Positions 52,534-64,000 of a stretch of DNA of 64,000 bases are shown here, piece after piece. The notes below the pieces were generated by a model. That model saw only the letters and a program-made list of their open reading frames with translations. It searched no databases and was not told where the DNA came from. Positions within the stretch are counted from its first letter, which is position 1, and each line of letters opens with the position of its first letter. This DNA comes from Priapulus caudatus. Its lineage: Eukaryota. Where the stretch lies: contig NW_014577061.1 in the NCBI RefSeq assembly GCF_000485595.1, positions 93,791 to 157,790 on the forward strand, in the 5' to 3' direction. Both the position numbers and the translations under genes were made by a program.

Positions 52534-52613
52534 GTTGTTATCTTCATCTTCATCCCACGGGACACCATCTTCTAGATCAACACCCAGTTTACTCAACAAT
52601 TCCTGTTGCAATC
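52534..52613 (-). CDS. Candidate 80-bp antisense exon (LQQELLSKLGVDLEDGVPWDEDEDNN), product unknown
   Basis: Minus-strand acceptor CCTCTTAATAG, perfect donor GTAAGT and an open protein-like frame. Confidence 0.3.
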
Positions 52614-52740
52614 CTATTAAGAGGTATGTGTATGTTTCCATCGCACGTGCGCAGATATATATATCTCCATCTCGATTCTATTGTTGGGAATATTGCGGTC
52701 AGTATTGCATTGTCAGTTCTTTCTCCGTTTCTATACTACG

Positions 52741-52764
52741 CTTCTTCTTCTTCTTCTTCTTCTT

Positions 52765-52848
<84 letters not shown>

Positions 52849-53008
52849 CACACACACACACACACACACGCACACACACACACACACCACACACACAACA
52901 CACACACACATACACATGCACGCACACACACGCACACACACGCACACACACCACACACACACACACACACACCACACCACACACACACACACCCACACAC
53001 ACACCACC

Positions 53009-53040
<32 letters not shown>
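52741..53040. repeat. (CTT)n/(CA)n/(TA)n compound microsatellite
   Basis: Direct inspection. Confidence 0.95.
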
Positions 53041-53627
53041 GTGCGATAAAAAGAGCTGTAGGCCTGTCTATACATTACAGTAGCGATGTCGAGCGTGATT
53101 CAGATGCTGCGCCTTTGATATTCTTTTGCGTGCCTGGCAACGCGTTCTGCGCGAATGAAAATGCATGTAAAAAGTTCCGTGGGAAGCGCATGACAACGCC
53201 TGACTATATACAGGCACTGAGCATTCGCGATTATTCTAAATGTCGATGTAGCATTGAATTTCGTCCATACACGCTGTTGCAATTGCCTCGAATAGGTTGT
53301 CCTTGCGTGTTTCTGACCACCAAAGGTCGAACTTGGTTATTAATTATATTGATAGTCGGCCTAATGCCTTCTAACCTGGCAATGAAATGACAACAGTGTT
53401 CAGGCATTTACTCATCCTGACATATTTTGCTTATATAAATTATCGATTGACTGCAATAGTAGGCATTGGAATGATGAAGGTTAATTAACGGTTGTCGATA
53501 TCTAATTAAATGCCTGTGCAATGAACAATTTGATATAAATTGTATGAATGACGATACATCCAATTTGCATAAATATGTTAGCTTGATACATCGGCGTATT
53601 CTTTCTGATTCGGTTTATACATATAAT

Positions 53628-53814
53628 CAAGAGCTAATAATACCTCTATTATTAGTATTATTATGTATTAGGTATTATCAATAGGTATTAGCCTATTAGG
53701 ATTATTAGGTATATTATTAGGTAAAAGTATTAGGTATTATATTAGTTATTCTTAGGTATTGTTAGCTAGTTATATAATAGCAGAAGTGAATAAAAACGAT
53801 TGTTTTTACTCTTG
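53628..53814. mobile_element. P-type remnant with CAAGAG...CTCTTG ends and AT-rich filler
   Basis: CAAGAG termini. Flanks ATATAAT and ATAAAAT match at 6 of 7 positions. Confidence 0.5.
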
Positions 53815-53932
53815 ATAAAATTATAATATTAATAGCTATTTTCATTTTATGGCTACCGCAATTCGTCGGTAACCTTTCGACGATCGCCTCCCCATATCTA
53901 CACATTTCATGCCTGCACCTTTGCTGTATGTA

Positions 53933-53933
<1 letters not shown>

Positions 53934-53996
<63 letters not shown>

Positions 53997-54819
53997 TGTA
54001 GGTGTGTGTGTGTGTCGTTGGTGGTGCTGTGGTGTGTAGCGCTTGGGGANNNNNNNNNNNNNNNNNNNNNNNNNNNNNNNNNNNNNNNNNNNNNNNNNNN
54101 NNNNNNNNNNNNNNNNNNNNNNNNNNNNNNNNNNNNNNNNNNNNNNNNNNNNNNNNNNNNNNNNNNNNNNNNNNNNNNNNNNNNNNNNNNNNNNNNNNNN
54201 NNNNNNNNNNNNNNNNNNNNNNNNNNNNNNNNNNNNNNNNNNNNNNNNNNNNNNNNNNNNNNNNNNNNNNNNNNNNNNNNNNNNNNNNNNNNNNNNNNNN
54301 NNNNNNNNNNNNNNNNNNNNNNNNNNNNNNNNNNNNNNNNNNNNNNNNNNNNNNNNNNNNNNNNNNNNNNNNNNNNNNNNNNNNNNNNNNNNNNNNNNNN
54401 NNNNNNNNNNNNNNNNNNNNNNNNNNNNNNNNNNNNNNNNNNNNNNNNNNNNNNNNNNNNNNNNNNNNNNNNNNNNNNNNNNNNNNNNNNNNNNNNNNNN
54501 NNNNNNNNNNNNNNNNNNNNNNNNNNNNNNNNNNNNNNNNNNNNNNNNNNNNNNNNNNNNNNNNNNNNNNNNNNNNNNNNNNNNNNNNNNNNNNNNNNNN
54601 NNNNNNNNNNNNNNNNNNNNNNNNNNNNNNNNNNNNNNNNNNNNNNNNNNNNNNNNNNNNNNNNNNNNNNNNNNNNNNNNNNNNNNNNNNNNNNNNNNNN
54701 NNNNNNNNNNNNNNNNNNNNNNNNNNNNNNNNNNNNNNNNNNNNNNNNNNNNNNNNNNNNNNNNNNNNNNNNNNNNNNNNNNNNNNNNNNNNNNNNNNNN
54801 NNNNNNNNNNNNNNNNNNN
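53934..54819. repeat. (GT)n tract and assembly gap (54050-54819)
   Basis: Direct inspection. Confidence 0.9.
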
Positions 54820-54849
54820 CGGAGTCCCTACACTACACTCGGCCTAGCA

Positions 54850-55165
54850 CACTGCGCAGCACACAGGACTTGGCATGGTTGAAAGCCTTCAAGGATCTCC
54901 AGCGGCTACAGCGGCATCTGGTAATAGGGGGCATTTTCAAGAGACTGCTCATAGTCTGGTCCTTCCGCAGTTGCTTCGGTTGGGCCATCTTCAGTGTAAT
55001 TCCCATTTCTGCACGATGTGCGCCCTCATGACCAAACCCTGTCCTGCGGAGCGATTTGCGTACACGTCGGCCATACCTCGTTGGCTCCGGGTGGGAGGGA
55101 ATTCCTGGCGGTCTGAGTTGAAAGCTATACTGTTGGCTTGCCTGAAGGATGGCTTTGACCATTGG
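54850..55165 (-). mobile_element. Degenerate 3' end of a Vingi/Ingi-type LINE
   Basis: Minus strand gives LRRTGFG...QTMSSLLK, a decayed form of the LNRLRTG..KWG..CxCG..QTMxHLLxC C-terminus. Nucleotide similarity to 62200-62310. Confidence 0.55.
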
Positions 55166-55234
55166 GCGATCACTTGTAGTATTTGCCCGAGGTTCCCGAC
55201 TCCCTTTGGTGTGTGTGTGTGTGTGTTTGCGTGC

Positions 55235-55278
<44 letters not shown>

Positions 55279-56017
55279 GTGTGTGTGTGTGTCAGGGTAC
55301 TGGGGTCCCTCAACACTAGGATAGCAATTATTCATATACGGTGTGGGTGATCGCTGATTTGCTGGCACTATATGAGTGCTCTATATCCCACAGGTAATAC
55401 GAGCGGGAAAAACTCGCAATCGCTCACGCAAAAACTGCGCCCAGACGCAACGTTGGCTGTAGCACCGAGATGCTATTAGTTCAGTGTCATCCTCTCATTA
55501 TTCGTCGTCGTCTTCGTCTTTCCATTCTTCTTCTTCTTCTTCTTCTTTTTTTTCTTTTTTCCTTTCTTATTTCTTTATTATTATTACTATTATTATTATT
55601 AGCTAAATGTACCGCACTTACAGAATCACAATAACGCAGCTGTTAATTGGTGTAAGTGGCTAGTATATTGCTGCTGATGTCAGCACAGCTATTAAGTCGA
55701 ATGGGTGATGGAGCCTATAATTATAAGCTACTATTCGTGTTACCCCCCATTCTAAGGTACATTATTAGGGCGTGGGTAAAATATTTGCAGCTTGATTCCC
55801 AGAAGATATAATAATTAGCGATTATATCGCCAACAGCGGTAAGAGGATATTATATACATTCTGAGTATTCTTTCCCCCGAGGTGTTCGTGTGGTGTCGTT
55901 GGCTTAGCTATGGATTGACCTTCATTGGTATCGAGCGATCCCTGAATGACTGGTGGCACGGCTTACGTGTATACGCACGTCACTGTGAATAATTATCACA
56001 GCACGTGTGTGCGTGAG

Positions 56018-56070
<53 letters not shown>

Positions 56071-56218
56071 ATCGACGTTATCAGCGCGTCGTAGTAGTAA
56101 GTATATCGACTTCTTTCAGTATTCGACGCTAATTGAAAGACGAGGGTAGACTGAAGTTTCGACCGAGTAGTCGCGTCGTTGTTTCTACGCGCGCATCGAG
56201 GAGGAAGCAGGTTTTCAC

Positions 56219-56609
56219 CACAGGTACTTGGAGCGTTTCAATAAAATATAATGCTAAATAAATACGAAATCTATTTACAACCAAAGTCTTAATGTTTCTC
56301 TACTCTCTTTCGCCTATTATTGCCGACAATTTCCTGTAAGTGCTGTGCAAATGCTCCTCTGCAACACACATGTACACCGCTCGCACGCTGCCGTACACTG
56401 ACACATGGATATATATGTGTCCGTGTACGGCAGCGTGCGTGCGGTGTACATGTGTGTTGCAGAGGAGCATTTGCACGGCATTTACAGTAAATTGTCGGCA
56501 ATGATAGGCGATAGTTCAAAGAGAGTAGAGAAACATTACGACTTTGGTAGTAAATAGATTTCGTATTTATTTAACATTATATTTTATTGAAACGCTCCAA
56601 GTTACTGTG
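56219..56609. mobile_element. 391-bp fold-back MITE, almost entirely an inverted repeat
   Basis: CACAG...CTGTG ends and ~180-bp arms. 8-bp TSD GTTTTCAC at 56211-56218 and 56610-56617 (P- or hAT-type). Confidence 0.9.
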
Positions 56610-57570
56610 GTTTTCACAGTGCTGGGCGCCCGTTGTTATACGTTACCATGGCATCGCTTCTCTGATAGTACGCACACCGTGGGGAATGATGGGCCGGCCA
56701 GCTGGGCCACTGTGAGCGCGTGCTGTGATGCAGCAGCGACATACGTATGCGGATGCGTAGCTGCTACGACCAGCGGTACAAGACGGTGACTGCTCGTGAC
56801 TTAACCTCGCAACTCGTGGCCTATAATCACCGATGTTCGCGGTTCCGTGGCCGTCCGCGCTCGGCGCACTGGCTGAATGTGAAGTGAAACGATCTCGCCT
56901 GTGATATATGATCGCCGGAGCGTTTAATGAGATGAACTAAAGAGAGACATGGCAAAAATTTACCGTCAGATGAACCGAAGCTTCAAACGCAGCCGACCGA
57001 AGACGGTGTGGGTGTATTACAGCCAGACCCACGAAATTACAGAGCTCGGATATATGGGTATGTATCGCTTAATGATACGGGATCCGCGGATTCTTTGCTT
57101 CAGTATTCTGCAGCGAAGTTTTTTTTTTACTTTATCATCGATTACGCATGATTTCATCGATCAATCGATAAGCATAATTTAATCGATGAGCGTGAAGACG
57201 ATGCTGTCACTACCCACAAATCAAAATGAAAGCGGATGTCATCGAAAACCATTCTAACGCGGTATGCAATTTATGTAAATAGAGCCTTATATTTAGCTCG
57301 GGTTTCTAAAGTGAAAACATGAATGCCATTAAATAGAAATGTATTCTTGCTAGAGGACGACTGCTTCTGATGTTTTCTTATACAGCTGTGGTTAGGAATT
57401 CTACTGTATATAGTAGTCTGTGCGTGGCAGTGGGTAGAAACTTGACAAGGCTTTAGCTGCTTATAAAGAACAAAGTACTTGTAGCTCTTAATGAGTCGCA
57501 TAAGACCTTTAAATTTAATTTTTCGCGAATGTGAATGTACTGATTTTGATGCATTATTTATTGATATTAT

Positions 57571-58405
57571 CAAGAGTAGATAATAACGCAAGAGTTACAC
57601 ACCCGATTCCCGCATTTTTAACCGATTTTTCTCATCAAAATTTGCCACCAATAAAGAAGCAAGTGTATACGTTCCTCAGCTTATTATGACCACTAATCAC
57701 TCACCTTCGTGGTACTGATATTCGTTTACATATATTTGCTAGCGTATTGCTGTAAATCGTAATCTTGCACGAGCTGAATTCGCACAATTTATTGCTATTG
57801 TGTAGAGGTGTTAAGCCAAAATTTGAAGCTATAGTGGCGCCAATATTTAGCAACGGACTGTTTCCAAATCATTCGTGCCCCGATAGGGTTGAGAGACAAT
57901 CTAAATTTCAAATTTTAATTTTGTGAGGAACCGCGAGACGCGCTCAGTTATTGTGATCGCAACACAATAAATTGACATACTATCTTACATACTATCTTAA
58001 GTAATAATACAATAATAACAATATTCTCTGTAGTAGTTTGCAGTAAGTATCACATTACGCACGCGCAGGTAATCAAGTACATTAAACCCCTATCGGGGCA
58101 CGAATGATTTGGAAACAGTCCGTTGCTAAATATTGGCGCCACTATAGCTTCAAATTTTGACTTAACACTTCTACACAATAGCGGTAAATTGTGCGAATTC
58201 AGCTCGTGCAAGATCACGATTTACAGCAATACGCTAGCAAATATATGTAAACAAATATCAGTACCACGAAGGTGAGTGATTAGTGGTCATAATAAGCTGA
58301 GGAACGTATAAACTTGCTTCTTTATTGGTGGCAAATTTTGATGAGAAAAATCGGTTAAAGATGCGGGAATCGGGTGTGTAACTCTTGTGTTATTATCTAC
58401 TCTTG
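57571..58405. mobile_element. 835-bp P-type fold-back MITE with ~320-bp arms
   Basis: CAAGAGTAGATAATAAC...GTTATTATCTACTCTTG, with near-identical arms at 57571-57890 and 58086-58405. 7-bp TSD ATATTAT at 57564-57570 and 58406-58412. Confidence 0.92.
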
Positions 58406-59858
58406 ATATTATCTCACTTCCACGAGTGTGGCAATCTAACAGTCTGTAATTATTTCTAATATGTTCTGTTTTATATTACGTAATAAGGGATAAACGGTCA
58501 AATGAATCAACGGTCAAATGTGACAGTTCTTTGTTAGTAATACCTGGGCATAAAAATGTGTGCATGTGAGTGTATGTATCGACACAATAGATGTCCAGTT
58601 CTTAGATGTATTCTGACGTTTTTTCACGAATTTCCTTCAAATTCCGGTTTCATTTTGCGTTTATCTCTGTATTTGATTTAACAGATAAATTCCGCCTAAA
58701 ACCGCTGTATGGAATTATTATCGCTTATTTCATCATGATACGTTCTCAAACATCCTAATTATATTAAGGCTATGGCAAACGAATCCAGGATGCCCGCAAT
58801 CTTCTAAAGCATCTTTTAAGTTATTGAAGCTCCGAATTGTTTTAAGTACATATCCGTCTCCTAAGCTGCGTCTTTTATAAATAGTGGTAATTATTATGTA
58901 TAGCATTATAATCACCTTATTAATATATTACCATGCAGGGGTTAATAATGACAAATTCGTCATGGCAATAATGATACCATTTGTCATTATTAATTTGACT
59001 ACGTCACGAATTTTCTATGGTGTATATTTGGAAAATTTTGTTGCCATTTTTTTACATAAAAACTAACGGCAATAAATGTATCGTCAAATTCTTACCTGAT
59101 AAGATTGTTTCTCAACTAGTTAAAAATCCAAAAAACGTGGACGATTTGACATTATGATCCTGACATTAATTTCTTGCTATGGGCTATGTATGAGTCACGA
59201 GTGTATGTTTACATTGAACAATATAGTAAACTAGGAAGTACAATGCAGTAATTTAACCATAAAAAGTGATCAGAATTACTTACATTTTGTGAAAAAGTGG
59301 AAATGTTTTTTTTTACTTTTACTATTACCGCTGACGTAATCACTTTAACCACTGATATTACGGTAATTAATTTAGAAATAAAGTTACTTTATAAAGTTTA
59401 TTAGCAGTCACCTAATTTGACAAAAACTGGTGAAACTAAAAATCAACAATCGAATTAACAAAATGAATCTCTTTGATTTGTCCCTAATGATGTTTGTAAT
59501 TGAGCAAGAGGCAATTTTATTGAACTGTCGTCAAGATTTAAATAAACAAAATAAACATCCTAACCGCATAAATTCCGTTGTTTGTTCCTAATTCAATTAT
59601 ATGTAAAACTATATTCCCGCGCGCAAGGAATAAAACCATATAGTTATCGTTACAGTTATCGTTAGGTTTATCGTTATCAACATGAAAAGGCCGAGTAACA
59701 AACGCGCTGGGAAGAATGTGTGCTGCTTACAGAGAGTATAGACAGTATAGCCTGGCGTGAGATATCGCCGGTATTATTTCTGCGTGGGATCGATCGATCG
59801 TACGCATTCTTTCCACCTACAGCCAATTCTCGCCTTTTCCTGCTCTCTCCCGTTTTAT

Positions 59859-59865
<7 letters not shown>

Positions 59866-59926
<61 letters not shown>

Positions 59927-59931
59927 CTCTC
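59866..59931. repeat. (CT)n microsatellite
   Basis: Direct inspection. Confidence 0.9.
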
Positions 59932-60344
59932 ACTGCTCCACTACTGCTCTGTTCGCGCGCGCCGCAAGCTAGAGTAATCTTGGGTTCGAGCTCGTAAACG
60001 CATTACACACTACGCGCAGCGCAGCGCATGCACGTACGCACGCACGCTCAGTCAGCGCACGCACGCCACGCACACCCGCACCACGCACCGCGACACGTCA
60101 GCCTAAGAGGGTTAGTTCGAAACTTTAACATCAAATGTGGGATTAATGGCAAAAAATCTCAGGCACGGCTTTAGAGTATCGGCTGAGACACTGACCGGGA
60201 TTTTATCTGTTACGACGACTCGTGCATCGAGGAATTACAACCAAGGAACTCGCGTTATCGCCCTATACAAACCCTACATATAAGATACATGAATGAAGAG
60301 TTCTTACTATGAGAAAAGATAATTACCCAGCAGTTTTGTTGTCG

Positions 60345-60705
60345 CAAGTGTGGTGTGGTGGTGTGGGGTGTGTGGTGTTTGTTGTGTGTGGGGTGTGGCT
60401 GTGGGTGTTTGTGATGTGGACGTGTGGTGTGTGTGTGTGGTGTGGTTTGTGTGTGTGTATGGTTTGTATTGTATGGTGGTGTGGCGTGTGTGCGCGCGCG
60501 GTGGCAGGCGTGCTATGCGTGCAGTGTATGCGTCGATGTGCGACTGCGTGTGCGGATGTGCGTGTGCCGTGTGCGTGGCGTGTGCGGTGCGTGTGCGCTG
60601 GTGGCGGTGCTGGCGTGTTGCGTGGGCTGGCATGTGCGTGTGTGGCGCGTGTCCGCGTGTGCGTGTGGATGTTGAGTGATTTGTGTGTGTGTATGTGAAT
60701 GTGTA
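60345..60705. repeat. Degenerate GT-rich microsatellite
   Basis: Direct inspection. Confidence 0.85.
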
Positions 60706-60873
60706 GTTTTGATGGTGCGATGGTGTAATCAGGGCACGCGCCGCCGGTGTGTACTGTAGGAGAATCGCCCACGTCGCAGCGGGGCGATGGAGAGGGGGGA
60801 GCGGTAGTCGCTTAGCGAAACCCAGTGCCAACGCTCGCTATTACGTTCGCATCGTTTTCCCTTTGCTTTGCAG

Positions 60874-60985
60874 TTGCTGAGTTCTCTCAGAAACTGGCCA
60901 CAGCTCACGAGGAGCATTCCAAACAACTGCAATTGCTTGTCGACACATTCCGCAAGAGGAACTCGGACCTAAAGAAGGAGCGAGG
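60874..60985 (+). CDS. Stacl: Second coding exon of an F-BAR-like / Stac-like protein
   Basis: Acceptor TTTTCCCTTTGCTTTGCAG and donor GG|GTATGT. Encodes (V)AEFSQKLATAHEEHSKQLQLLVDTFRKRNSDLKKER, resembling the AEF...LQLLV.TFRKRN.EL.KER helix of arthropod Stac-like BAR isoforms (from memory). Confidence 0.75.
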
Positions 60986-61344
60986 GTATGTGAATCCTTC
61001 TATAGAAAGAGTAGGACACGCGTTGCGATGCGAGTTGAATAGATGCGAGGTTGTGTCAATAATATATCGTGCTGCCGGACGTTCACTTCACGAATAACTC
61101 AAAGAGACGGTTCAACATCAGGAATTAATAATGACAAATTATTAACCCTTTTTAATTATATAAACCCTTTTATTTATTTATTTTTCTATTATTTAATTTT
61201 TATTTTTAAGCAGCCTTATTATGAGAATCTTTTATAACACCGTATAAAGCTTTTAATTGTTGTCATCTATAACGGCCTTGTTACACATCGAAGGACCGTA
61301 TATACGAAAAATCGTAAATCGTAATGACCATATCGTTACGAACG

Positions 61345-62090
61345 ATATGATACGTGCATGGTGTGTATATTGACGTTAGTATCGCAGTCTGGTCGGGCTA
61401 ACCATAACCTGCGACACACGAATGCGCCAGCGTAACAGCCGAACAAGTAAGACTCGCCGCACCTATCAAAAACATTCCACATAAAACACGGGTAGATAAA
61501 GCCGCATACATAACGCTAAGGAACATCTAATGTCTAAAGTGTACGAATACCAGCTATCGCTCTGTCCTGATCTCGATTTGTTATTCTCGCGCTTTCGAAT
61601 GTGAGACTCCTCTCTCTCTTCGGATGAAGCCGTAGGTGTATAAGTGTCGTCAGCGAGCGCCCACCGTCAATGCATTCCGAAAAACGGTAAATTCGTGCGG
61701 CCGCGTGCAAGAATTGAGCGCTATCATCAAAGCTCGCGATCCGCGCGCGACATCGGCGTCGTGTCTACAGACCGAACACACAACTATCGTCCCGCCCGGC
61801 GGCGGCCTAACCGCAAATACCAGTCTGATACGACCTACTTACTTTATCTCCCCATCTTCATGACCACGGGACCAACCACTTTCTAAGACAACACCGCAGT
61901 TTACTCACAATATCCTGTCAAATCCTATAAAGTATGTTAGCCGAAAGTCGCACGTGCGCAGATAACATATCGCCACTCGGATCATGGGGAAATATTGCCG
62001 GTGCAGTAGTGCATTCATTCTTTCTCCGTTCTATACCTACCTCTCGTCTCTCTTTTACTTCGTGCTTCTCCTCTTCTCTCCGGTCACTAC
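61345..62090. repeat. Indel-rich second copy of 52032-~52770
   Basis: Starts with the identical ATATGATACGTGCATGGTGTGTATATTGACGTTAGTATCGCAGTCTGG and stays collinear with many 1-bp indels. Confidence 0.9.
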
Positions 62091-62149
62091 ACTATCCCAC
62101 ACTGCAACACGCCAATCTGCCGAACACACAAACTTGCACGCGCGCACAA

Positions 62150-64000
62150 ACCGTGGTTGACTCAGACGCCGTCAACCCACAAAAGCCCAGCACAGGCGTC
62201 TGGTAATCAGGAGCATTCAAGAGATGCTCCAAGTCTGGTCCGCGCCGCAGTCGCTTATGAGGTTTCGGCATCCTTTCAGTGTACCCATTCTGCACGAGTG
62301 CCCTGCACTCGACCAAAACGCATTGGTAGCCGTATTTTGGAGGTTGCCATACAGAGGTTTAGAACTGCGTGTGAAACAGGCATGACTTAGTCTCTTCTTT
62401 ACTGTTTCATAATGGAAGAGGGGGGTGGCGATGGTCATTTCTTGGTTAAGTTTCTCTACTTGGTATGAAGCCATTCGTCTAACGTGTGGAGGAGCAATGC
62501 CACAGAGCAGGTAGAGGTCATCTACGTTGATTGGTCTCAAGCATCCAGAAATGGCGCTTCATGCAATGTTCAGAACTGGGTTCATTTTTGCAGCATGGGG
62601 CAACCTACTCCAGACAGGGCACGCATACTCAGCCGCAGAGTAGCACAGGGCGATAGCAGTGGTTCTGATTGTCCCGGTGTCTGTTCCCCATTTAGTAGTG
62701 GCCAACTTCTTTAGAATACTGTTTCTGGCACCCACTTTGGCCTTTGTCTTGATGATATGATTCTTGTAAGTTAGAGAGCGGTCTAAAGTAACACCTAGAT
62801 AGACTGGGCTATAGGTATGTTTCAGCCATTTCTTATACCATTTGACTTTCAGTTGGCGGTTCGTCTCCTTGTTCTTTAGATAAAAGGCACATATTTGAGT
62901 TTTCCCGGGATTGGCTCGTCGATGGTTTATTGTGTAATAGGAGGTTAGGCCTGCGAGAGCATCGGTGATGGACCGTTTGGCTTCGTCAAAGGACTGTTTT
63001 GTGAAGCAATGCAGAGGTCATATGCATAAAAGAAACTCCTGGTGTTTATGTGTACTATAACGCTTGCTCCTGTGGCGTGGTGGTAGATCAGGCCATGATC
63101 GTCGGGTCGTGCACTTCAATTGCCAGGAACGTTTCGTTATAACCAACCAACGACAAACAGAGCAGCAACACGGATATAAGCGGTACTTGGCTATGTACAA
63201 TAGCCTCTTTACTTGACGCCAGCAATCACAATACAACAGTTATCATACATGATAGTTCAATGGTCTTACGCTATACGAAGCTCGTGGTGCCGGTGGTCCT
63301 GAGCGTCTTGCCTCTTCCTTCCTCTCTGACTGACTATCGCTGACTCCGGCGTGATTGCAGCGGCAGGTGACTCTGACAGTGACTCTGTCGCTGAGTCGAG
63401 TGCTTGACAACTGTCATAAGCCACCTTATATACCCGTTAGCCGTGGTATATCGCGTGGAATAGAGGGCACACGAAACGTGCACGTGCTCACGACGACGGA
63501 AACTCAAGGATGACTTGGTGAATCAAGGAGGATTCGATAAAGCTGAAGCTGCATCTCCACGTCAGCAATGATGCCTACTGACGTGCCGAGGTTGCTTCAA
63601 GCTTTACGCGCACACAGTAGTATATCGTATATGTATAATTACATCCCCCAAAATATATCAAGAAGCCAAAATCGTAACAGTACAGGCTGGTCATTTGTGT
63701 ATAGATTAAAGAGCAGAGGGGCCAGGACGCTTCATCGTGGAAGACCATTTTTCTGTCTACGCCATCTGCTGCGGTTGCCATTGAGATCCACAAAAACCGC
63801 CTGTTTGCCAACATGTTCTTGATTAGTTCTGCTAGTCTCACATCCTTTACTAGCTGGTATAGTTTTTTGGTTAGAATTCGATGGTTGACTGAGTCGTAGG
63901 CTGCGGAGAGGTCACCAAAAGCTGCTCCAGTAATTAACCCTTTCTCATACCCGTCTTCGATGAACTGGGTAAGGTTAAGGAGTTGGCTTGTACAGGATTT
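62150..64000 (-). mobile_element. Vingi-clade (Ingi-related) LINE, RT and C-terminus, interrupted by a solo LTR; continues beyond the window
   Basis: KSCTSQLLNLTQFIEDGYE..AAFGDLSAAYDSVNHR, RQKNGLP..VLAPLLFNLYTNDQPV | HINTRSFFYAYDLCIA (mutated YADD), NPGKTQICAF, YLGVTLDRSLTYK, ALCYSAAEYACPVW and GIAPPHVRR. Confidence 0.9.
63056..63679 (-). mobile_element. Solo LTR (624 bp, Gypsy-like 4-bp TSD) inserted in the Vingi RT
   Basis: Minus-strand ends TGTTACG...CGTTATA. TSD GTAC at 63052-63055 and 63680-63683. TATATAAG at ~63430. The LINE reading frame resumes across the insertion. Confidence 0.8.

Noticed and set aside
1..64000. tRNA or rRNA genes
   Set aside because: No cloverleaf with A/B boxes and no rRNA motif recognised by eye. 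A tRNAscan-SE or Infernal run is needed to exclude them formally.

Overview
Eukaryotic (invertebrate animal-type) draft genomic sequence with 5 N-gaps, dominated by satellites, microsatellites and transposon debris. No prokaryotic features were seen. The best-supported host gene is on the + strand. A first coding exon (14646-14742, MASRKHLVCLGYWKKSLDEAKKRLVLLDDYEM) splices in phase across a ~46.1-kb intron to an exon at 60874-60985 (VAEFSQKLATAHEEHSKQLQLLVDTFRKRNSDLKKER). Together they give an F-BAR-like N-terminus resembling arthropod Stac-like (Dstac/Stacl) proteins. Upstream of this gene lie a 27-bp satellite, a 5'-truncated RTE LINE with a 10-bp TSD, and a full-length but frameshifted pogo/Fot-like transposon inserted in a 68-bp minisatellite. 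The large intron holds a CR1/L2-group LINE, an AcademX element with a Helitron remnant, many P-element-type MITEs, and 24-41-bp TSD-flanked palindromes that look like P-element excision footprints. It also holds a nested complex at 30.1-34.6 kb: a processed HP1 fragment behind an LTR and PBS, two tandem Helitrons, and a bracketing 39-bp TIR pair. Other intronic items are long fold-back MITEs, two local duplications and a speculative small RFamide-like precursor. After the second exon is a Vingi LINE split by a solo LTR. Most long ORFs in the supplied track are repeat or gap artefacts. Family assignments come from motif recognition, not database searches.
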